Positions 17,687 through 26,759 of a stretch of DNA of 41,592 nucleotides are shown here, piece after piece; position 1 is the stretch's first letter; every line of letters starts with the position of its first letter. Under the pieces are notes generated by a model that saw nothing but the letters and a program-made list of their open reading frames with translations, was not told the DNA's origin and did not search any database. A program made the translations under genes and the position numbers. The stretch is from a virus (Duplodnaviria > Caudoviricetes), in the IMG/VR virus record IMGVR_UViG_3300009566_000045, positions 1-41,592 of that record. One strand, 5' to 3'.

Positions 17687-17766
17687 TACAATCACATTTT
17701 CGAGCGGTCCGACCGCCCATAACCGCGCAGCCGTCAAGATGATTTGACGGTGGAGAGAGGCTCATG

Positions 17767-17814
17767 AAGCCCGGTTCCGGAGAGGATATCTCCGGGCCGG
17801 GCTTTTTTGTTTTT
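17767..17814 (+). terminator. Intrinsic terminator in the late leader
   Basis: AAGCCCGGTTCCGGAGA-GGATA-TCTCCGGGCCGGGC followed by TTTTTTGTTTTT. Confidence 0.8.
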
Positions 17815-17817
17815 CAC

Positions 17818-18012
17818 ATGGCCAACGACGACACGATCGACATGCTCTATCAGGCCCGACTCTGCGCCCGCATTGCCCGGGACCACCTGACCGGAGTCCA
17901 AGTCTATAGCCGGGAGCAGGTGCTGGCCGAGTTGGAGGACGCGGGAACCATCCTGACGTACCTGATCCTGAACCACAAAAACCGGAGGGGAGATGGCCAG
18001 CCGCAATCCTGA
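17818..18012 (+). CDS. Small hypothetical protein
   Basis: MANDDTIDMLYQARLCARIARDHL...; phage-like codon usage; overlaps the endolysin start. Confidence 0.5.
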   Translation: MANDDTIDMLYQARLCARIARDHLTGVQVYSREQVLAELEDAGTILTYLILNHKNRRGDGQPQS

Positions 18013-18484
18013 AGACCTGACGCCCGCCCTGGAGCAAAAATTCCGACTCTTCGAGGAGCGGATGAAAGCCGCGGGGATTCCCTTCTGCCTCACCTGCACA
18101 GCCAGGACGGTCAAGGAACAGATCGCCCTGTACTCCCAGGGCCGGGAAGCGTTGGACGAGGTCAATCGCCTTCGGAAGCTGGCCGGTATGCTGCCCATCC
18201 GCTGGTTGGACAACCAGAAGAAAGTCACCTGGACCCTGGCGTCGAAGCACATCGTGGATCTGGACGACGGGAACCCTGACAACGACAAGGCCCGGGCCTT
18301 CGATATCGCCATCGAGAAGGACAAGCAACCCTGCTGGGATCTCAAGGTCAACATCAATGCCGATGACGTCCCGGATTACCGGGAAGCGGGACTGATCGGC
18401 GAGGCCATCGGCCTCAAATGGGGCGGGCGATTCAAGAAGCCCGACTATCCGCACTTCGAACTGCCGTCAAGGAGGATGCGATGA
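17993..18484 (+). CDS. Endolysin, peptidase M15 (L-Ala-D-Glu peptidase-like)
   Basis: RT..EQ.ALY.QGR, SKH, AFD, WGG.F..PDYPHFE. Confidence 0.9.
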   Translation: MASRNPEDLTPALEQKFRLFEERMKAAGIPFCLTCTARTVKEQIALYSQGREALDEVNRLRKLAGMLPIRWLDNQKKVTWTLASKHIVDLDDGNPDNDKARAFDIAIEKDKQPCWDLKVNINADDVPDYREAGLIGEAIGLKWGGRFKKPDYPHFELPSRRMR

Positions 18485-18867
18485 AACGAGGGATCCTGAT
18501 GCTGTTGCTGCTGACCCTGGCCTGCCTGATCGGATGCGCCGGAGTGACGATCGCCACGAACGATACCGCCAAAATCGCCGGAAAGGCCGCGGGAATCTAT
18601 GTTGCCACAAAGTACCCGGCCGTTTCGGCAATCGCAGTGCCCTATGCGAAGGGGCTCCTGCAGGACGCGAAGTACGGCAAGCTTTCGTCCGACTCCATGA
18701 CCGCGGCCATCGCTGCCCTGAATTCCCAGATCAAGAGCGACGCCGAATGGAAGGTCCTTCTTACGGCCTTGACGAGCGCCATCACGGTCGAAGTCCAGGT
18801 CGGCGCGGTTAATGCGCAGGCGGTTTCCGCCTTGGAGGGCTTCGTGGAGGGGCTCGAGTTGGCTTAA
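18481..18867 (+). CDS. Lipoprotein in lysis module
   Basis: MKRGILMLLLLTLACLIGC lipobox-type signal; AAGGAGG RBS. Confidence 0.7.
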   Translation: MKRGILMLLLLTLACLIGCAGVTIATNDTAKIAGKAAGIYVATKYPAVSAIAVPYAKGLLQDAKYGKLSSDSMTAAIAALNSQIKSDAEWKVLLTALTSAITVEVQVGAVNAQAVSALEGFVEGLELA

Positions 18868-18885
18868 CGGCAGGAGGGAATACCG

Positions 18886-19419
18886 ATGAAGGATCCAAAC
18901 CGGCTGCTGACCATTGACGATATCTTCGGGATCAAGACGTTCCCGATGATTGTCTTCTCGGATGCCCTCCGTTCCTGGATCGGGACAGCCATCAAGGTGC
19001 ACGAGGCCTGGAGCTACAACCACGTTATGTGGCTCGTCGCGCCCGGGGTCCTGGCCTCCCAGGACGCCGTGTTCCATCGAGTTCCGATTACCGACTACCT
19101 CCAGGGTGCCCACCGTCTAAAGTTCTGGCACCGGCCGCTCTGGAGCTTGGAAGACCGCGAGCGGATCCTGAAAGCCATCGAGGACGACTTAGCCCTCCCC
19201 TGGTACCGGCGCCTGTACGACCCCCTGGCGATCGTCGGCCAAGCCCTGAACCTAGACTGGCTCCAACTCCCGGGGGTCTCGATCTGCTCCGACCGGGCCG
19301 GATACCTGGCCCAGGTCGATCGGTCATACAACCTGAAGCACCCCGATCCGGCCGACGTCAACCGCTGGCTGGATTCCCGGGGCATCTACGAGGTCTACGG
19401 CCGCTTCATCCCGGACTGA
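18886..19419 (+). CDS. Permuted papain-like (YaeF/YiiX-type) amidase
   Basis: His first (YNHV), later YD and Cys (ICS): the permuted NlpC/P60 order. Confidence 0.65.
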   Translation: MKDPNRLLTIDDIFGIKTFPMIVFSDALRSWIGTAIKVHEAWSYNHVMWLVAPGVLASQDAVFHRVPITDYLQGAHRLKFWHRPLWSLEDRERILKAIEDDLALPWYRRLYDPLAIVGQALNLDWLQLPGVSICSDRAGYLAQVDRSYNLKHPDPADVNRWLDSRGIYEVYGRFIPD

Positions 19420-19427
19420 GAGCGAAC

Positions 19428-19688
19428 ATGGACGACATCGACCTGGCCCAACGAAACGATGAGATGTTCCGGCAGCACGCCCTCCAGGCGCACTTCGCCG
19501 GTCGACCGAATACCCTCCTTGAAGAGTGCCAAAGGCCCGGCCCGCACCCGGAAGGGGCGGGACCGGGCCGGAGGCTGTGCCACCGGTGCGGCGAGGAGAT
19601 CGAGCCGGAACGACTGGAGGTGGTTCCCGAGGCGACCCTGTGCGTCGACTGCCAGCGGACCCGCGAAAGGGGGCTCCGGCATGGGTGA
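19428..19688 (+). CDS. TraR/DksA C4 zinc-finger protein
   Basis: MDDIDLAQ (DxxDxA) and CHRCGEEIEPERL...P.ATLCVDCQ. Confidence 0.9.
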   Translation: MDDIDLAQRNDEMFRQHALQAHFAGRPNTLLEECQRPGPHPEGAGPGRRLCHRCGEEIEPERLEVVPEATLCVDCQRTRERGLRHG

Positions 19689-19995
19689 GCATTGGGATTT
19701 CTTCCTGTTCATCGCGACGCTTGTCGCGGCCTGGAGCCTGATCATCCTGGGGTTCGTGAAAGCCTGCCTGAAGCGGAATCAGGATGAGACCGACAAGCGC
19801 TTCGCCAGCATGGGAGAGACTTCCAAAGACTATGCCCGTCTGGAGCGGGCCTTTCTGGAACTGAAAGCGGAGCTTCCGCTCTCTTACGTGCGACGGGAGG
19901 ACTACATCCGGCAGCAGGTGATCATCGATGCCAAGCTGGACCGGTTAGGCGAAAAACTCGACGAAATTCGGAAGATGAGAGGATCCGATGAGTGA
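19681..19995 (+). CDS. Single-TM coiled-coil phage protein (Mu gp25 position)
   Basis: N-terminal TM; LKAELP..YVRREDY motif. Confidence 0.7.
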   Translation: MGEHWDFFLFIATLVAAWSLIILGFVKACLKRNQDETDKRFASMGETSKDYARLERAFLELKAELPLSYVRREDYIRQQVIIDAKLDRLGEKLDEIRKMRGSDE

Positions 19996-20302
19996 GATCG
20001 ACCTGAAGAAGGTGCAGCGCGAGACCACCCGCTGGCTGATCCTGGCAACCCTCAATGTGGCGAGGCCCATCGGCGCCAACGAGCGGCTGATCCTCTCCAC
20101 GGTCCAGGAGGTCGTTCGGGATGCGACCCTCCTCGATATCCGACGGGAGCTGGACTACCTGGAGCACCGGAAACTCCTGGAGATCAAAGGGAAGGACACC
20201 TGCCACGGCTGGACGGCCGAACTGACCCGGGACGGCATCGACGTCGCCGAATACACCGTGGAATGCGATCCCGGTATCGCCCGGCCGAAGAAGTGGTGGT
20301 GA
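19988..20302 (+). CDS. Mu gp26-like protein
   Basis: RWLIL..L...IRRELDYLE...LTRDGIDVAE...PGIARP. Confidence 0.8.
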   Translation: MSEIDLKKVQRETTRWLILATLNVARPIGANERLILSTVQEVVRDATLLDIRRELDYLEHRKLLEIKGKDTCHGWTAELTRDGIDVAEYTVECDPGIARPKKWW

Positions 20303-20304
20303 GC

Positions 20305-20832
20305 ATGCCGGCACGTTCGAAGATCACGAAATTGCCCCCGGAAGTGAAGGCCGAGCTGGACCGGCGCCTGATTGGCTGCGGCTTCGCCGATTATACGGCC
20401 CTGGCCCAGTGGCTGGAGGAGCAGGGGTTCGAGATCTCCCGGTCGGCTATCCATCGCTATGGCCAAGGGTTCGAGTCGCGCCTGGCGGCCATCAAAGTCG
20501 CCACGGAACAGGCCCGGGCCATCACGGACGTGGTGGGAGACGACGAAGGGCGCATGAGCGATGCCCTCATCAGCCTGGTTCAGGAGAAGGCCTTCGACGT
20601 CCTGGTGAACCTGCAGACGGACGATCCGGAAATCTTCAGCAAGGTATTCCCGAAGCTGGGTGTCATGGTGGCCAGGCTCTCCAGGGCCTCCGTGGCCCAG
20701 AAGAAGTGGATGGCCGAGGCGCGGGAGAAGGCCAGAGCCGCCGCGGACGACGTGGTCAAGACGGCCAAACAGGGCGGGCTCTCGGAAGAGAAGGCCGAGG
20801 AGATCCGCCGGCGGATCCTGGGGATCGTATGA
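20305..20832 (+). CDS. Mu gp27-like (DUF3486) putative terminase small subunit
   Basis: RSKI.KLP.EV...L...ISRSAIHRYG; position before TerL. Confidence 0.85.
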   Translation: MPARSKITKLPPEVKAELDRRLIGCGFADYTALAQWLEEQGFEISRSAIHRYGQGFESRLAAIKVATEQARAITDVVGDDEGRMSDALISLVQEKAFDVLVNLQTDDPEIFSKVFPKLGVMVARLSRASVAQKKWMAEAREKARAAADDVVKTAKQGGLSEEKAEEIRRRILGIV

Positions 20833-22376
20833 CGACGGGCACTCTCCAGAACGATTTCGACCAGGCCCGGCAGGGAACGGGGATCCTCCTTCCCTACCAG
20901 CGGTGCTGGGCAGCCGACCGGGCCCCCGTCAAGGTCATGGAGAAGTCCCGCCGGATCGGGATCTCTTGGGGCGAGGCAGCCGATTCCACCCTGTACGCCT
21001 CCGAGAAGGGCAAGGGCGAAAAGCGGAACGTCTGGTACATCGGCTACACCAAGGACATGGCGCTGGAGTTCATCAACGACTGCGCCAACTGGGCCCGGGC
21101 CTACAACCTGGCAGCCTCCGGGATGGAAGAATACGAGGAGGTCGACCGGGAGGAGTACGAGGGCGTGGTTTCGGAGAAGAAGATCCTCGCCTTCCGGATC
21201 ACCTTCCGGTCCGGGTGGCGGATTACGGCGCTCTCCAGCCGGCCCTCCAACCTCCGTGGCAAGCAGGGCCGGGTGATCATTGACGAGGCAGCCTTCCACG
21301 ACGACTTGGCGGGGCTCCTGAAGGCGGCCCTGGCTCTCTTGATCTGGGGCGGCGAGGTCCGCGTCATCTCCACCCACAACGGCGACGACAACCCCTTCAA
21401 CGGCCTGGTCCAGGACATCCGCTCCGGCCGGAAGCCTTACAGCATCCATCGGGTGGACTTCGACGAGGCTCTGGCGGACGGGCTCTACCGCCGGATCTGC
21501 GAGGTCTTGGGGCGGGAGTGGTCCCCCGAGGCAGAGGCAACCTGGCGCCAGGAGGTCATCGACGTCTACGGCGAGGACGCCGAGGAGGAACTCTTCTGCG
21601 TTCCCAGCCAGGGGAGCGGTACCTTCCTGACCCGCGCCCTCATAGAGACCTGCCTGTCTGAGGAGATCCCGGTCGTCCGCTACGAACAGCCGAAATCCTT
21701 TGCCGAGCTGGCGGACCATCTCCGGTTCGCCGAAGTCAAGGACTGGTGCGAGGAGACCCTCCTCCCGCTCCTGGAGCCCCTGAACGCCCGGCGGGCCTCC
21801 TACTTCGGGGAGGACTTCGGCCGGACGGGGGACCTGACCGTTGTCGTCCCCCTCTGCGAGACCCAGGGAGCGACCTTCCGGGCCCCCTTCGTGGTGGAAC
21901 TCCGGAACATCCCCTTCCAGCAGCAGGAGCAGATCCTGTTCTACGTCGTCGACCGCCTGCCCCGGTTCCGCTACGGCGCCCTGGACGCCCGGGGAAACGG
22001 CCAGTACCTGGCCGAGCGGGCGATGCAGCGCTACGGCATGACGCGGATCGCCCAGGTCATGCTGGCCGAGCCCTGGTACCGGGACAACATGCCCCGCTAC
22101 AAGGCCGCCTTCGAAGACCGCTCCATCCTTCTCCCAAAAGACGCCGACCTGATCGAGGACCACCGGGCCTTCAAGGTGGTCCGGGGCGTCGCCCGGCTGC
22201 CGGAGACGAAGACCAAGGGCCAGGACAAAAAGCAGCGCCACGGGGACTCCGGGATCGCCGGCGCCCTGGCCTGGTTCGCCACGACGGAGATGGAGGGGGA
22301 AATCATCGAGTACGAGTCCACCGGCGTCCGGCGGGCAACCGCGGGAACCAGCATGGCAAACTACATGAGGCAGTGA
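20829..22376 (+). CDS. Terminase large subunit (Mu gp28-like)
   Basis: LLPYQ, EKSRRIGIS, IIDEAAFH, ISTHNG, GEDFGRTGD, RHGD. Confidence 0.95.
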   Translation: MTTGTLQNDFDQARQGTGILLPYQRCWAADRAPVKVMEKSRRIGISWGEAADSTLYASEKGKGEKRNVWYIGYTKDMALEFINDCANWARAYNLAASGMEEYEEVDREEYEGVVSEKKILAFRITFRSGWRITALSSRPSNLRGKQGRVIIDEAAFHDDLAGLLKAALALLIWGGEVRVISTHNGDDNPFNGLVQDIRSGRKPYSIHRVDFDEALADGLYRRICEVLGREWSPEAEATWRQEVIDVYGEDAEEELFCVPSQGSGTFLTRALIETCLSEEIPVVRYEQPKSFAELADHLRFAEVKDWCEETLLPLLEPLNARRASYFGEDFGRTGDLTVVVPLCETQGATFRAPFVVELRNIPFQQQEQILFYVVDRLPRFRYGALDARGNGQYLAERAMQRYGMTRIAQVMLAEPWYRDNMPRYKAAFEDRSILLPKDADLIEDHRAFKVVRGVARLPETKTKGQDKKQRHGDSGIAGALAWFATTEMEGEIIEYESTGVRRATAGTSMANYMRQ

Positions 22377-22377
22377 G

Positions 22378-23889
22378 ATGGCCGAAGAGACAAAACGTCC
22401 GCCTGTCCTGATCGACGAAGTCGCCACCATCGAGAAAGACATCGACATCTTCGCCGGGTGGCTGAAGCGCCTGGAGAACCCGGACCCGGTTCTCCGGACC
22501 GAGGCAGCCGGGAAGGGCCTCAAGCTCTATGACGAGGTCGACCGGGACGCCCATGCGGGGAGCGTGCTGCAGCAGCGGATCCTGGCCGTGGTGGGGAAGG
22601 AATGGGAAGTCATTCCGGCGAAGTCCGCCCGGAAGCAGGGCCGCCCGGCTGCTACGTCCCAGGAACAGATTGTCGCCGATTTCGTTTCCGAGGTTCTGGA
22701 GAATTGCAACTTCGACCAGGCCCGCCAGGAGATCCTCAAGGCCGTCCTTTACGGTTTCTACGGTCTCGAAATCCTCTGGGGCGCGAAGGATGCGTCGATC
22801 GACATCCGCAGGTTCCTGGGCAAGCACCCCCGGCGCTTTGTCTTCACGCCCGAGCGGGAGCCGCGCCTCCTCACCCCGCAGAACATGATCGAGGGGGAGC
22901 CTCTCCCGGACCGGAAGTTCGTCTTCCTGACCTGGGGCGATTCGGACAACCCCTATGGCCGGGGCCTGGGACAGAAGCTCTGGTGGCCCGTCTGGTTCAA
23001 GAAAAACGGCGTCAAGTTCTGGCTCGTCTTCCTGGAGAAGTTCGGCATGCCCACGGTGAAGGGCAAGTACCCGGCGGGAACAGGCCCGGAACAGAAGAAA
23101 GCCCTCCTGGAGGCCATCGAGGCCATCCAGAGCGACACCGGGCTCACCATGCCCGACACGATGGACGTGGAGTTCCTGGAGGCCTCCCGGGCCGGCACGG
23201 TCACCCACGAGCAGCTCTGCAACTACATGGACCGCCAGATCTCGAAGGCCGTCCTGGGGCAGACGGCCTCGACGGAGGGGACCCCCGGGAAGCTGGGCAA
23301 CGAGGAATCCCAGGAGAACGTGCGCCAGGAGCTGATCGAAGCCGATGCGGACCTTCTCGACTCCTGCCTGAACGAGACCCTGGTCCGCTGGATCGTGGAC
23401 TTCAACTTCCCCGGGGCGGCGGCCTACCCGAAGCTCAAGACCTATGCCGCGGCCAAGCCGGACCTGAAGCAGCAGTCCGAGATCGACAAGACCCTCGTCG
23501 TGGACATCGGGCTCCCCGTGGGGACCGCCTACTTCTACGAGACCTACGGGATCCCGGCGCCCCAGGAGGGGGAGGAGACCGTTGGGAGCACAAAGAAAGC
23601 AACAGCCAAGAAGGAAGAAAAGGCCGCCTTCGCAGAGAAGGCGGGACGGTTGTTTCCCGACCAGGAAGCCCTCGACCGGGCCGTCGAGGGGCTGCCGCCG
23701 GCGGCCCTCCAGGCCCAGGCGGAAGGGATCCTGAAGCCCCTGGTGGCGATGATCCAGGCGGGGAACACCTACGACGAGATCATGGAGATCCTCGAAGAGG
23801 CCTATCCGGGGCTGAACGATCAAGCCCTGGAGGACATGCTGGCCCGGGCGATGTTTGTGGCCGAGACCTGGGGGTGCCTGAATGCCTGA
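22378..23889 (+). CDS. Portal protein (DUF935, Mu gp29-like)
   Basis: NPYGRGL, FLEKFGMP..GKYP, ISKAVLGQT. Confidence 0.95.
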   Translation: MAEETKRPPVLIDEVATIEKDIDIFAGWLKRLENPDPVLRTEAAGKGLKLYDEVDRDAHAGSVLQQRILAVVGKEWEVIPAKSARKQGRPAATSQEQIVADFVSEVLENCNFDQARQEILKAVLYGFYGLEILWGAKDASIDIRRFLGKHPRRFVFTPEREPRLLTPQNMIEGEPLPDRKFVFLTWGDSDNPYGRGLGQKLWWPVWFKKNGVKFWLVFLEKFGMPTVKGKYPAGTGPEQKKALLEAIEAIQSDTGLTMPDTMDVEFLEASRAGTVTHEQLCNYMDRQISKAVLGQTASTEGTPGKLGNEESQENVRQELIEADADLLDSCLNETLVRWIVDFNFPGAAAYPKLKTYAAAKPDLKQQSEIDKTLVVDIGLPVGTAYFYETYGIPAPQEGEETVGSTKKATAKKEEKAAFAEKAGRLFPDQEALDRAVEGLPPAALQAQAEGILKPLVAMIQAGNTYDEIMEILEEAYPGLNDQALEDMLARAMFVAETWGCLNA

Positions 23890-26149
23890 CGTGGACCTGG
23901 GATACGCCATTGGGCTGAAACCGGAGGCGGCCATCCGCTACTTCCAGGAGAAGGGCTACGCCTTTACCTGGGACTGGCAGGAGATGTGGCAGGACGCCCA
24001 TGCCAAGGCCTTCACGGTGGCCAAGGTGACCCAGCTCGACATCCTGGAGGACATCCGCGGGGCCGTCCAGAAGGCCCTCGACGAGGGGACAACCCTCCGG
24101 GACTTCCAGAAGAACCTGACGCCCATCCTCCAGGCCAAGGGCTGGTGGGGCAAGCAGGAACTCATGGGAGCGACTGGTGCCGTCCAGGAAGTGCAACTCG
24201 GTTCTCCCCGGCGGCTGAAGACCATCTACCGGACGAACCTCCAGACGTCCTTCATGGCGGGCCGCTGGAAGGAGCAGGTGGAGAACGCCGACGACCGGCC
24301 CTACCTCCAGTACGTGGCCGTCATGGACCGCCGCACGCGGCCGTCCCATGCCAGGCTCCACGGCCGGGTCTACCGGTACGACGACCCCTTCTGGAAGGCC
24401 TTCTACCCACCGAACGGTTGGGGCTGCCGGTGCCGCACCCGGGCTCTCAGCGAGGCGAACGTCCAGAGCCGGGGGCTCACGGTCCACAAGACCGATCCGG
24501 CCCAGATCCGATGGGAGGACCGGGTCATCGACCGGGCCGGCGAGACAAGGCCGGTAGCGGTCTATCATGATCCCTTCCTGGGCCGGTTCGAGACAGATCC
24601 CGGCTGGAGCTATAACCCCGGCGAGGCCAAGTGGAACCTGGATGATCTGCTGAAGCAGCGCCTGGCGCGCCGGAAGGCAACAATGCGCAAGCCGCGGGCA
24701 CCCCGCAAACCGGCCCCCGTGGGTTTCGACCCCGACGATCTCCGGGCGATCCCGGACAGCCGGAAGGGCAGCATGCCCGGGGGGCTCTATGAGGACAGCC
24801 GCGGGCAGCGGTACTACGTGAAGTTCTACGAGGACCCGAACCACGCCCGGGCGGAATTTGCGGCCAACGCGATCTACCGGAAGCTGGGCGTCGAGGTCCC
24901 GGACCTTCGGCTGGCCGAGATGGCTGCCCCCGGGGGCGAGCGGAAACTAGCCGTGATCAGCACCTGGCGGGACGACCTGAAACGGATCGGTGCGGCGGAG
25001 ATGACCCAGCGGCCGGAGGAACTGGCGAAGGTCTTCCAGGTCTCCGTCCTGGTCAAGAACTGGGACGTCGTGGGCCTCGAGTACGACAACCTTCTCCTAG
25101 CCAAGGACGGCCGCCTGGTCCTGATCGACAGCGGCGGGAGCTTCCGCTTCCGCGCCCAAGGCGGCGCCAAGGCTTTCGAGGACATCCCGCTGGAGGTGAA
25201 GAGCTTTCGGGATTCCGTCATCAATCCACAGTCGGCGAGGGTCTTTAACGAGGTCTTTGGGCAGGACGCCTGGCTGGAGAGCCGGGGAGCCGAGCCGCTC
25301 CTGGGGCTGGAAAAGGCGGCGGTCCGGAAGATCTTCCGGGAAGCGGGATTCGATGCCGCGGAGGTCGAGAGCCTGACGGAGACCCTCTGGAAGCGGCGCC
25401 AGTGGCTGATCGACCGCTACGACCTGGAGGGCAGGCTCACGCCCCTGGGGTTCGGCAAGCACCTGGAGGAGTTCAAGAAGTGGGGGACGGCAGCCTGGAC
25501 GCCGAACGAAGTCGGCGGGCTGGTCAACGGCGCGATCGACAGCGGTTTCGCCTCCGAGGTCGAGGCCCTGGTCGGGAAGTTCGAAGCCTACGTCATGAAT
25601 ACGATCCACCCGTGGGGACGCGGGGTGCTGCGGGCTTTGTTTTCCGAATGGTCGAGCAGCTCGTCGTCGAGCGGTGGGGCGACCATCAAGCTCTGGACGG
25701 AATCCCGCTTCGGAAAGCTCACGAAGTACCACTCGGGTCGGACGTCCCGGGGAGAGGTCGTCACTGCCCTGGATGACGGGATCCGGCGATCCCTGGAGAA
25801 GGCGAAGATCCCGCAGGAGACGATCTTCTCGCTCTTGGATGCCGAGTACGAGTTCCAGCAGTACCTGATGCGCAGGCTGCACGGGTACGAGGAGATCCCG
25901 GCAATCCGCTTCCTGTCTCGTTCCGAGTTCAGCAGAAATTTCAAGCGGGGAGCCTTCTCGGGAAACTCTGTCCAGTCCGTGACCGTCAAAATGGACGGCT
26001 TCGGGGGACAGCGGTGTGTCCGGATGTCCCTCCGGGTCGAGGACACGGTGAAGACCTACTACCAGGGGAGAAAGTACATGCACTACGGCAGAAGTGAGTC
26101 GGAATACGTCGTCATCGGGAGGGCAGTCCGTGCGATCGTTATTCGATAA
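23882..26149 (+). CDS. MuF (gp30) head morphogenesis protein with C-terminal kinase-like and ADP-ribosyltransferase-like extensions
   Basis: MuF core: AFTVAK, RL.TIYRTN, D.RTRP.H, PPNGWGCRC (about aa 1-250). About 500 extra aa carry GSMPGG/YYVK/AE/NWD..DN/IDSG and AIRF/QSVT/ESEYVV. Confidence 0.9.
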   Translation: MPDVDLGYAIGLKPEAAIRYFQEKGYAFTWDWQEMWQDAHAKAFTVAKVTQLDILEDIRGAVQKALDEGTTLRDFQKNLTPILQAKGWWGKQELMGATGAVQEVQLGSPRRLKTIYRTNLQTSFMAGRWKEQVENADDRPYLQYVAVMDRRTRPSHARLHGRVYRYDDPFWKAFYPPNGWGCRCRTRALSEANVQSRGLTVHKTDPAQIRWEDRVIDRAGETRPVAVYHDPFLGRFETDPGWSYNPGEAKWNLDDLLKQRLARRKATMRKPRAPRKPAPVGFDPDDLRAIPDSRKGSMPGGLYEDSRGQRYYVKFYEDPNHARAEFAANAIYRKLGVEVPDLRLAEMAAPGGERKLAVISTWRDDLKRIGAAEMTQRPEELAKVFQVSVLVKNWDVVGLEYDNLLLAKDGRLVLIDSGGSFRFRAQGGAKAFEDIPLEVKSFRDSVINPQSARVFNEVFGQDAWLESRGAEPLLGLEKAAVRKIFREAGFDAAEVESLTETLWKRRQWLIDRYDLEGRLTPLGFGKHLEEFKKWGTAAWTPNEVGGLVNGAIDSGFASEVEALVGKFEAYVMNTIHPWGRGVLRALFSEWSSSSSSSGGATIKLWTESRFGKLTKYHSGRTSRGEVVTALDDGIRRSLEKAKIPQETIFSLLDAEYEFQQYLMRRLHGYEEIPAIRFLSRSEFSRNFKRGAFSGNSVQSVTVKMDGFGGQRCVRMSLRVEDTVKTYYQGRKYMHYGRSESEYVVIGRAVRAIVIR

Positions 26150-26441
26150 AGCCGCGATCCGCCTTCCACTCTTCGACTTCAGCCTGGACTTCGGGCGTCA
26201 GGGGAAAGGCCTCCATGAGGAGATCGTGAAGGGCGGGACAGAGCCCCCGAATGTCGCCCTCGTAGTCGGCGGCGCTGACCTGGTTCAGGCGCAGCAAGGT
26301 GGAGACTTCGCGGCCTCGTTCAAGAAAGTCTTCCCAGGTTCGAAGCCGGTCGATCCAGGTGTAGTCCCATCCCGAATCGGGAAGGGGCAGGAGGGCGTTA
26401 TACCGCCCTCGGATCTCGTTCCAGTTCCGCGCTTCAGTCAT
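26139..26441 (-). CDS. 100-aa acidic helical protein, candidate immunity protein
   Basis: AAGGAG RBS; converges on and overlaps the muF 3' end by 11 nt. Confidence 0.65.
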   Translation of the reverse strand: MTEARNWNEIRGRYNALLPLPDSGWDYTWIDRLRTWEDFLERGREVSTLLRLNQVSAADYEGDIRGLCPALHDLLMEAFPLTPEVQAEVEEWKADRGFIE

Positions 26442-26453
26442 GGCAAGTCTCCT

Positions 26454-26759
26454 TCACTTCTGGTGGCGGTAAAGTGTGAGCCATACGGCGCTGCAGGCTG
26501 TGTGATAGGTCCCCTCGCGTACCGAATCCTTGAAGTTGTCGTAGTCAATGGCCTCCGCTTCCCGGTGAAGTACCTCGATGACCTGCGAACGCGGCACTTC
26601 TGCCCGGTAGAGGTAGTCGCGATTCGGAGTAACAAGCACACGAGCATCGGCAAAGAGAAATTGGATGTGCCCCGGGAATCGGGAGCGGACGACAAGCGTA
26701 GCGGGGTCGTTCTCCTTCTGGACGACGGACAGAAATCCTCTGCTCGTAAAGATCCACAT
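26454..26759 (-). CDS. 101-aa hypothetical protein (MWIFTSRGFLSVV...DYLYRA...IDYDNFKDSV)
   Basis: GGGAGG RBS; TGATG coupling to the upstream RHH gene. Confidence 0.75.
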   Translation of the reverse strand: MWIFTSRGFLSVVQKENDPATLVVRSRFPGHIQFLFADARVLVTPNRDYLYRAEVPRSQVIEVLHREAEAIDYDNFKDSVREGTYHTACSAVWLTLYRHQK

